NCBI GenBank assembly: GCA_016208765.1
Contig: JACQXK010000038.1
Span: 14,955 to 78,954 of the forward strand
Source: Candidatus Omnitrophota bacterium
Lineage (GTDB): Bacteria; Omnitrophota; Gorgyraeia; Gygaellales; Profunditerraquicolaceae
Direction of reading: 5' to 3'
Length of the DNA: 64,000 nt
Part shown: positions 57,201-64,000 of the stretch, one piece after another
Layout of the letters: every line of letters begins with the position of its first letter
Numbering within the stretch: the stretch's first letter is position 1
Position numbers and translations under genes: made by a program
The notes under the pieces: model-generated
Seen by the model: only the letters and a program-made list of their open reading frames with translations
Databases searched by the model: none
What the model was told of the DNA's origin: nothing

Positions 57201-60200
57201 CGCGCCAATATCGGGAAGCATAAAATCCACAAATAATATATAGCCGTTATCACCCAAAATTTCTTGCGCTTGGGCAATGTATTGCCATACATTCCAATTT
57301 TCATTCCCTATGCCAAGATTAACAGGAGCATATAAATTCATAAATTGCCACATGTTATAAAACACTACCACTACAGGGCCTTTTTGCAGTCCGAATCTTT
57401 CTTTTAAACTATCCTGAAAGTCATCTTCAAAAAAATCTTTTTTGAATATTTCACAGCCTTCTACAGCAGGAAGCGATGCGTTAGCGTCCACATTAATTAC
57501 CCGCCAACCTTTCGTAATAAGCGGGTTCCGGCCACTTCCAATATTTAAAATCACGCTACCCTTAGGAATCTTTAATTTCTCAAGAAATATTTCCAGGTTT
57601 TTTGAAGCCGCTTCCCTGTAATGGCCATTTAAATCATTGAGATGGGGCATTAGAGATACGCGTACGCACGAAGACACATCCTCCACCGCAGAGGAAGCGA
57701 CAGTATCTATATCCTTAGGAGCGAGCGAAGAATCAAGAGGCAGCTCAATAATCTTAGGCTCAACAGAAAGAACTTGGTTATTCAAAATATTAATCATTCT
57801 CCGGCATTCTTTTGTAAGAGCACCCTGAGCGTCATAATATGGCCTCAAACAATAAAGCTCGTCTCCTTTTTGCGAAATCGCTACCTGCCCACCAAGAGGT
57901 TCAAGATAATTTACCAGGGTATCTTCCTTATCTCTAAACCAAGCGGCAAATTCTCTTATTAACAAGTCTTCATTACCCGTATCATAATAAAGACTGAAAA
58001 ATGTTTTAATAAATTCTCTATTGGCTTCTGAAAGACTTAACCATAATTTTTTTAATTCAAGGCGGTAATCAGGATTAATAAAGTATTCCGCGTGATTTAA
58101 TTCATGTTCAACTGTAGCTTTTCCTGCGCCTTGATAGTAAGTTACAATAGCTATGTCAGGAGCGCCAATATATGTATGGCCTGTTCTCACAAGCAACCCC
58201 AGCTTTATTAATTCTTCTTTCATTCTTTCCTCTATGACGTTTAAAGACATGCCCTGTTGCGCTGCCAATGTAAAGAAATTTGCCATATCCTCCAACTTGA
58301 AATCATGGCCCAATGCTCCTTCACACCCAGTTTCTGCCAACTCTTGGTCAAGCCGGCTATCCGAAAGCAAGCCATTTTTCTGTTCTACAAAAAAACTAAG
58401 CCGGTCAAAGGCTAATCCTTGAAACGTAGACTTGTTAAATACGAAAAAGAATACCGGCTTAGAACCATACTTTAATAATCTGTAAAACTCACTTTCCCGC
58501 AGGTTAACATTCAAAATATCCTCTGCTTGCATAAAACTGGATAATACTTCAGAGGCCTGAAGAGGATATCCAGACAAAGATGTTTTTAACTCTTCCAATC
58601 TCCCCTCTTTAAAATACCTGTACCGGAAAGCTGGATCATATTTCAAACTCCTTGCCATCATGTCTCTGTAATAAATACTAGATTCCATGTTTTCTTTTAT
58701 AATTAATCTAAATTCTTTTGAATCAAGAAAATGTTTCAAAATATCTGCTACGGGTTTTACACTACCGTCTCCCTGTAGGATAGCCGGTGCAATAACGAGC
58801 ATTGCCCATAAAAGAATTCTTTTAATAACCCTATTAAAATTAATCATCTTATGATTTCCTGAAAGAATATTGGTTATTGTTGCCGATTCTGTTCCTTCCG
58901 CTACTGAAGAGTTAGCAGATTGCTTAATCGCCGAGGAGGCGACAGTGCTTTTGGCATGAGGCGTAAGCGAAGAATCAAGAGGCAGCTCAATAATTCTTTC
59001 TTCAACAGCAGGCGGGTTAACTTGCGGGCCTGGAAAAACACTTTCTTCCTCTTGCGGTTTTTTTGTTCCGCTAATCATGCCTTCAACGACATTCACCGAA
59101 ATTTTCTTTTCTTTGCCTTTGCCGTCGCCAAGAGTAGCCACCACTAAAACAATCGTATTCCCTTGGTGGATGAGAACAGTATTAGAGCAAGTTACATCTT
59201 TAAAATCATCCTCGGCAATGCCTAAACGCCTGCAGACCTCTTCTTTGCTCTTGATTAAAATATCTAAAGCATCAACTACGGCTTTTTGGGAAACTATATC
59301 CAAATTGCTATTATTCGTGCTCTTGAGCAATTCTAAACTTAGATTATGCGCCTGATATTCCACCTCAAGACGCGGTTTGCTATCAGGGCTTCCTGAATAG
59401 ATAACCATATAGGCAATATGCTGAGCCAGGGCCATAGCTCTTTCTTTCCTTCCCCCTTGCAGCCGGCTGAACCATTCCCACCCAACCACTATAATTGTAG
59501 TAAAAGAAGTTTTGCCGGAATTATACGTAGTTTTCGTCTGAAGAAAAGCCGTGCCATCCCCCATGCCTATTCCTTTCATAAAAAGAACCTGAAAATGATT
59601 ATTTTCATTTCTTAAAAAAGGTTCTTCCGGTAACTTATCCGCCAAATATTTGATGCTTTCCTCAACTAGCCCTGCGTGCTCATTAGATATTCTTATGGAT
59701 TGTTGCAGCCGTTCTTTTGTAACTCTGCCCGGGGCATACCTTTGCACAAAACCTAACAGCCTGTCTGAATAAACAATATCCTCTTGCTCATTGTTGTCAA
59801 AATCTTGCTGGCCTACCACTTCTCCCACTGTCTTTTTTATGCCCTCCAATGCCGTTGCGTTCATAGGCATAATGCCCAAGGCTGCTACAAAAGCAACCAA
59901 AGAAAGCAAGCCCGTCGCTGCTAACTTTTTCTTCACCGCCGAGGAGGCGAAGGATCCAGAGTAAGTAGCCCGATAGGCTTTTTCAAAAGAGCGCAATGCA
60001 ATATCAGAATACTTACCGAGAGACCTATACAGCTCAAAATACTCAGTCTCAATATTATCCTCTGAGACTTCGTTCAAGCTGTATACATTATTAAGATCAA
60101 CTCTCAACACTTCAGAGACCTTGTCATTTTCAACCCTGACAACAAATTGGCCAAGATGGGTATCCCCGGCGATTATTTCTTGATTATGAAGCGTGGCTAA

Positions 60201-63200
60201 AGTTATACCCAAAAACGCTCCCATCTCGCGCAGGAGATTCTCGCTATGCTGATGAACGGATATAAATTCTTTTACGTTTGGCCCGACCCAGTCAGAAACA
60301 AAAATAATCTTGCTTGATTGTGTCATCACTTCAAAAAACTGCTCTTTGTTTAATCCTAATTCACCTGCTACAGCATTATATTCATCCTCAGTACGCATCT
60401 CTACTAATTGCAACATATTTTCTTGTTGGGCGTTGCGTAAAATAGATAGCGTTTCAGAAGGCAAAAGTTGCTCATTCTTTTCTGAGAATGTAATTTTCTT
60501 CTGGGCTATCGTTGCTTCAACATCTAATCTTATCATCGGCAGGTAAACACGCAAAACCCGCGGCACAACCCTTTTACCTCCCGGAGTCCGTATTTGCAAA
60601 CTTAAACAATAGTTCTTAATACTTCTTGGATCAGGCGTTATGCCTCGCACATGCGCCTGTTTGTTATCCACAACCGCCTTAAAACCACTTTCTAATAACA
60701 ACGAATCAACTACTCTGCCTTTTGTTTCATTCACCGCCGAAGAAGCAAAATTTCTTTCACCTATAATTATCTTATCTCCCGGCCGTATATCGGGTATTTT
60801 TGAAAAAAGATTGAATCTGCCCTCGTCATTAACAACGGCATTTAATGCTCTTATTTTACCCGTACTTATTCTATACCTACGCCCAATCCCCCAAAGAGTG
60901 TCTCCTTTTCTCACCACGTGCCGAATCTCGAGAGGCAATCTCAGTTGCTGGCCTGCTTTAATTCTATGCATGCTGCGTAAACGGTTAATCCGGGCTAACT
61001 GCCCTGCAAGTTTTGCATTGCCATAATATTTAATTGCGATATGTCCCAAAGTATCGCGCGGCTTAACATCAATATATACATCTCCACGCTGCGGAGGTGG
61101 CTGAGCAAACTCTGGCGGCGGAATTTCAATGAACTTTTTAATCTCCATATCTAACAATCCCGGGAACCCGGCTGTGATAATTCCGAAAATTAAACCGGCT
61201 GCGATAATTCTAAAAATAGAGACAAGCCCTGATGTTTTTTCTTTATTCAAATGCTTTATCAAATTTATTCTTGGCGTTAAAAATAATTGGCTTGTAGGAA
61301 CCCTGTTATAATTAATAGGTTGAATATTATCTGATTCATCAAATTCAGGTACATTAAATTCAGGCCCATCATTATACGGCCCAGTAATTTCCTGATCCGT
61401 GATAGCTTCCACTGGCTGAGGCATCTTTGCATTGTAATAACCTAATTTTTGTAAAACTTTTTCTAAATCCCTGCGAACCGCCTCAGGTTTGCGGGTAACC
61501 CCCGATTCCCTATTTTCTAATGCTAATGCGCGCAATACTGCGTTAATTGTTTGTTGGTCTCTAAACAGCACCGGCAAGGTTAATTCCCTAAAAGCAGCAG
61601 AACGCACAGAATAGTCCTTATCTCTAATTAAGATTTCAACTAAAATTGGAGTTGAAAAACGATAATCAATCTTAGTAATTATTTTAATTATATCCTTTCG
61701 GACAGGAGATTTCTGGTCTTTTAGTCTATCGCGAAGCAGCTCTAAAGCAGGGTTACCTATGCGAATTAAAACATTTCCTATATTTTCATACCCAGAATCC
61801 CTATTCTCTAAAGCTGAAATAAGCTCAGGCACAGCAGCCTCTCCAATGCTGACCAAAATTTCAGCTGCGTCTTCCTTAATCGGACTGGACACTCCTTTTA
61901 GTAACGCGTCAATCAACGGCTTAACCGCCGGCTTACCAAAATTGGTTAAATCTTTGACAATAACTGTTCTTTCCTGAAAACCAAGTTTTTGGTTTAATCT
62001 GTCAATAAGCAACGAAATTACATAATCAACCCCGCCGTACTTAATTAAACCTTCAAGCGCGGCTTGGTGAACTCCCGGGTCATCATCTCTTAATAAGTTA
62101 AGTAAAATTAACACCGCAGGCTGAGGTACAATGTTTTTTAAAATATTATTACCGGCAAAAAATCCGTTCTTTTCTGAATATTCACGGACAGACCTGTCCC
62201 GCATAGCATTTTCTCTCAATGCCTGGCGCAAACCTTTGATTGAATATGGAGAACGCACCCAGCCAATCTGAACTGCTGCCCGGGCGACCTCCTCCCGGAC
62301 ACTCTTGTTTTCATCCCCGCTTAAATCAATTAAAACAGGAAATGCGGCAGGGTCTTTCATTTGAGCTAATGTTTGGACAACCTTTACGCGAATATCGGGA
62401 TTGGGATCATCGGCTAATCTCAGCAATGAATGTACTGCAATCCTGATTATTCCATCACGAAGAGGGGGGTCAGCCAGTTGAAGCAAAATATTCGTTATTG
62501 CTGAATAAACAGTTAAGCCGTGGTCAGGAAAATATTCTTCTGGAAACATTCTTTCTAAATCACGCAGTATCGTCAACAGATAATCTGTATTATTTCTTCC
62601 TCGCACAATTAATTCAATACGCGCAGACTCACGAGGAAGCAAACCTGCATATAAATCTTTAAGCAAAGGCCCGATGCTTGGATCGTCCGTTGCTGATAAT
62701 ATTGGAGAAGAGGAATTTACATAATTTCCAACCGCCGAGGAGGCGCTGGTACCTTTGACAGGTGCAATCGCGGAGCTTGCATTTTGTTTAGTTAGGGACG
62801 GTTCTGAAACATGCTTAAAAGTATCCCCCAGCGATGGCGCGGCTGCCGAAGAAGCACTATTTCTTCCCGCAAAAATAATTCCGCTATGTGCTTCAGCCTC
62901 TTTTGAACCTTCTCCATAGGCCTTAATAAACTCGTCCATCTCAGCAATGACTTCGTTTTCTAACGGAACCCCCTGAGAAAATAACCTTGCTTTAATTTTC
63001 TCTTTCTCTTGATAGGCTAAATTAAAATCAAAATGCGATAGTGCATCTGCAAAACTATCTATCAACGAAAGGTATTCTTTTCTTGAAGACGCCGCGTCAA
63101 AACTCCTTAACAAGAGAATCAGTTCATTAAAAATGTGCTCTCTAATCCTCTCCTTTTTAACAAATAATTCCACATAACCCTTGTCTTTTTCCTCCAGGCA

Positions 63201-64000
63201 AGCTTTTAAGTCCGGACGTTCATTTATAGCTATAAAAATACACCGTTTAAATTGACGTTTTAATTCTTCCAAAGATTTATCTAAGGTATCAACAGATTCC
63301 ATACGCCCATATTTATTTCCAAATTCAAGTTTATAATGGTCGGGGTATCCAGTAATAAGAACTTCTCGTCCTGCAAAAGCTATCGTTTCAAGTTCTTTAT
63401 CCACTGATGGCGAAGGCATTGTCGCAAGATCAAGATGAGTCTTGTTTCCTCGTTTCTTCATTAGCCAATCTATCTCGGATAATACAGAAGGGTCATTTTT
63501 ATAAGCCACTCTTAACGATAAGAGCGCTTCTTTGTCTCCTTCGTTTTGCAAAGTCTCCAAAGTTTTAGTCCAGTGATCAGAATGAGGATTAAAACAATTG
63601 ATTCCTTTCTTTCTCAGGGCTTCTTTATAGGCAATTTGCATATGCGGATTGTTTTCCCACCCCCAAAATTTATAATCAGGCAAATTATTTAACCCTGTTA
63701 AAGCCTTAAGATAGTCTTCAATGCTTGTTAAATCATTGTTCTCAACATAAAAAATTCTAGCTGTATCTGGTAGCGTAACATCGCCTAAGAAAAATGTATC
63801 GGTTTCATTAGCGCTTAAAAGATTGTTTTCTGTATTAGCCAAAACATCCCCAGCTGGAACAACAATAACATAGTTCATACCTGTCCAATCTCCTCCCATA
63901 GACAAAGTATTAACGTAATTATTAACTGAAAAATGTATTGTTTCTCTCCCCGGCTCACGATTAGGTATTAATTTCCCATTCTTTGGAAGCGCCTCGGCAT
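54216..64000 (-). CDS. Giant multidomain protein 3, 5'-truncated by the window edge (at least 3260 aa)
   Basis: The track ORF frame stays open from 63905 to the edge. It contains HEAT repeats, two LysM domains, kinase-like, HEXXH, SAM-methyltransferase-like and WaaA-like GT-B modules separated by ASSAV. Confidence 0.93.
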   Translation of the reverse strand, partial: AEALPKNGKLIPNREPGRETIHFSVNNYVNTLSMGGDWTGMNYVIVVPAGDVLANTENNLLSANETDTFFLGDVTLPDTARIFYVENNDLTSIEDYLKALTGLNNLPDYKFWGWENNPHMQIAYKEALRKKGINCFNPHSDHWTKTLETLQNEGDKEALLSLRVAYKNDPSVLSEIDWLMKKRGNKTHLDLATMPSPSVDKELETIAFAGREVLITGYPDHYKLEFGNKYGRMESVDTLDKSLEELKRQFKRCIFIAINERPDLKACLEEKDKGYVELFVKKERIREHIFNELILLLRSFDAASSRKEYLSLIDSFADALSHFDFNLAYQEKEKIKARLFSQGVPLENEVIAEMDEFIKAYGEGSKEAEAHSGIIFAGRNSASSAAAPSLGDTFKHVSEPSLTKQNASSAIAPVKGTSASSAVGNYVNSSSPILSATDDPSIGPLLKDLYAGLLPRESARIELIVRGRNNTDYLLTILRDLERMFPEEYFPDHGLTVYSAITNILLQLADPPLRDGIIRIAVHSLLRLADDPNPDIRVKVVQTLAQMKDPAAFPVLIDLSGDENKSVREEVARAAVQIGWVRSPYSIKGLRQALRENAMRDRSVREYSEKNGFFAGNNILKNIVPQPAVLILLNLLRDDDPGVHQAALEGLIKYGGVDYVISLLIDRLNQKLGFQERTVIVKDLTNFGKPAVKPLIDALLKGVSSPIKEDAAEILVSIGEAAVPELISALENRDSGYENIGNVLIRIGNPALELLRDRLKDQKSPVRKDIIKIITKIDYRFSTPILVEILIRDKDYSVRSAAFRELTLPVLFRDQQTINAVLRALALENRESGVTRKPEAVRRDLEKVLQKLGYYNAKMPQPVEAITDQEITGPYNDGPEFNVPEFDESDNIQPINYNRVPTSQLFLTPRINLIKHLNKEKTSGLVSIFRIIAAGLIFGIITAGFPGLLDMEIKKFIEIPPPEFAQPPPQRGDVYIDVKPRDTLGHIAIKYYGNAKLAGQLARINRLRSMHRIKAGQQLRLPLEIRHVVRKGDTLWGIGRRYRISTGKIRALNAVVNDEGRFNLFSKIPDIRPGDKIIIGERNFASSAVNETKGRVVDSLLLESGFKAVVDNKQAHVRGITPDPRSIKNYCLSLQIRTPGGKRVVPRVLRVYLPMIRLDVEATIAQKKITFSEKNEQLLPSETLSILRNAQQENMLQLVEMRTEDEYNAVAGELGLNKEQFFEVMTQSSKIIFVSDWVGPNVKEFISVHQHSENLLREMGAFLGITLATLHNQEIIAGDTHLGQFVVRVENDKVSEVLRVDLNNVYSLNEVSEDNIETEYFELYRSLGKYSDIALRSFEKAYRATYSGSFASSAVKKKLAATGLLSLVAFVAALGIMPMNATALEGIKKTVGEVVGQQDFDNNEQEDIVYSDRLLGFVQRYAPGRVTKERLQQSIRISNEHAGLVEESIKYLADKLPEEPFLRNENNHFQVLFMKGIGMGDGTAFLQTKTTYNSGKTSFTTIIVVGWEWFSRLQGGRKERAMALAQHIAYMVIYSGSPDSKPRLEVEYQAHNLSLELLKSTNNSNLDIVSQKAVVDALDILIKSKEEVCRRLGIAEDDFKDVTCSNTVLIHQGNTIVLVVATLGDGKGKEKKISVNVVEGMISGTKKPQEEESVFPGPQVNPPAVEERIIELPLDSSLTPHAKSTVASSAIKQSANSSVAEGTESATITNILSGNHKMINFNRVIKRILLWAMLVIAPAILQGDGSVKPVADILKHFLDSKEFRLIIKENMESSIYYRDMMARSLKYDPAFRYRYFKEGRLEELKTSLSGYPLQASEVLSSFMQAEDILNVNLRESEFYRLLKYGSKPVFFFVFNKSTFQGLAFDRLSFFVEQKNGLLSDSRLDQELAETGCEGALGHDFKLEDMANFFTLAAQQGMSLNVIEERMKEELIKLGLLVRTGHTYIGAPDIAIVTYYQGAGKATVEHELNHAEYFINPDYRLELKKLWLSLSEANREFIKTFFSLYYDTGNEDLLIREFAAWFRDKEDTLVNYLEPLGGQVAISQKGDELYCLRPYYDAQGALTKECRRMINILNNQVLSVEPKIIELPLDSSLAPKDIDTVASSAVEDVSSCVRVSLMPHLNDLNGHYREAASKNLEIFLEKLKIPKGSVILNIGSGRNPLITKGWRVINVDANASLPAVEGCEIFKKDFFEDDFQDSLKERFGLQKGPVVVVFYNMWQFMNLYAPVNLGIGNENWNVWQYIAQAQEILGDNGYILFVDFMLPDIGARIEKRVPYVDELIADIYKNRKKEVERIIFENEKDNSPAAIAFKPKLSNVSSSAVGGSIREDYNKEIFTFTKISFNDLPEETQQILSLTGISERLVEFCGANKKIASPLFRIALPRLTKEVGMAFVTKHWDSLVEIAQSSGENAILLFANSLPVFYKAYGEHFMETNWNVLVELFKSSGEEAWVLCELGLVIFKELIVVKDDAEKTTKNLQRIGNGLVSLLMASGRESNNLFIDSLQVFVKEFGMEFFDRYFETLVEAGVLAKENAVDLFETAFPVLKDEIVVVGNSVQTKANLLRISNVFFGAERIGKENAQAELENLALILFNKLVDKLGRPDEAVGRDQIIAIGRIFKNALKLSGKKIKFVAYEFASLRAARGFIEALGLDSGTAEFSFLGDIQEKEVVEKEFPGYRAEKLVAPNKVQDDGRYIWIEFHDHRGVDKEVGASVSLPYFPFKHSMQEFVASEEAARIKKELNVGKRKIIVVGSPYYHEANAVAKAFDELYGNLPRQDRPLLIFAPREKWPGGLPETVASKIVEIRGTTTEKFVDMSEKDVLILYTTGELLKMFAIADLCIVGEDRNIFEPAGLVKPILYFPGDWLFNLSAKDFISRRKGALKFSLQNFKKLMADPAAAGARAFNTYIGFKNKYNQQAADTSAVLLLSQILNATRGNIKTERDNVNAGAGATASSAVEKYPPVININRDYSLSAGQEDVRLNVDKKQVKDLLLLLRMHLGDYILQNTTLSSDNVKELRDELNEIFGQPRYEINISGSNEDAWNAVNRFITIISKYAKEVRGEEIISQSDYGLITDEINLIREKSAKILGVNLTLQSPPKVVSLVDARKKKEAENIAMVNTEYPVSSSADKKGGIDMRVLPIVTQPGMLSPVTSHQSPVSRGGLNLLYSTDGSLAKEWQAIERMFNGGITPSAQRIKEYLSNCCAVNNFDQEIDKVISLMADILRKQEEECCATDTGLKQFLVALESEKTGEEFQSSLAGINFVSK
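54512..54570. repeat. 28 bp perfect palindrome plus (ACTGGTG)4 heptamer tract inside giant gene 3
   Basis: AGTAGAGGAGGTTTAAACCTCCTCTACT at 54512-54539, with heptamers at 54541-54570. Confidence 0.9.
55143..62855 (-). repeat. Dispersed in-frame 15 bp motif GCCTCCTCGGCGGTG (ASSAV)
   Basis: Copies begin (plus coordinates) at 55143, 57039, 57684, 58926, 59934, 60732 and 62730, with more divergent ones at 62766 and 62841. Confidence 0.85.
60760..61080 (-). other. Tandem LysM domains in giant protein 3
   Basis: VKPRDTLGHIAIKYYG...IKAGQQLRLP and HVVRKGDTLWGIGRRY...IRPGDKIII. Confidence 0.9.

Noticed and set aside
183-62446. Numerous plus-strand ORFs of 60-260 aa in the track
   Set aside because: They are antisense shadows of long minus-strand genes, with no recognisable motifs.
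63903-63905. TTG start of giant gene 3 as given by the track
   Set aside because: The frame remains open to the window edge and there is no RBS, so the true start lies outside the window.

Overview
All credible genes in this window lie on the minus strand. The window holds three giant genes around a Tad/Flp (type IVc) pilus locus. (1) A frame open from an ATG at 26769 off the left edge (at least 8923 aa) is absent from the ORF track because it has no stop in the window. It carries an N-terminal C39-peptidase-like domain, beta-rich repeats, a long hydrophobic region, a modular zone delimited by S-S-[A/P]-[V/I/L] motifs, a LysM domain and a six-hairpin glycosidase-like domain. (2) A ~2500 aa secreted protein follows. 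(3) The Tad cluster has TadB, TadC, ten prepilin-like genes, a CpaE-CpaF fusion, a secretin-TonB_C fusion, CpaB and a PPIase, with an HTH/transposase-like gene inside it. (4) After a tRNA-Glu comes the 3' part (at least 3260 aa) of another giant gene, whose unrelated domains are separated by an ASSAV linker that is conserved at the DNA level. Three GEMM-I (c-di-GMP-I class) riboswitches sit downstream of sigma70 promoters for giant genes 1 and 2 and the pilin array; one has the A20 variant associated with c-AMP-GMP. The architecture suggests Candidatus Omnitrophota (inference). The best candidate for a new system is cassette-built giant polyproteins with repeated SSAV boundaries, internal signal peptides, RAPP-like stall motifs and a captured nested gene, co-regulated with a Tad machine. 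All domain calls are by-eye motif recognition, not database searches.
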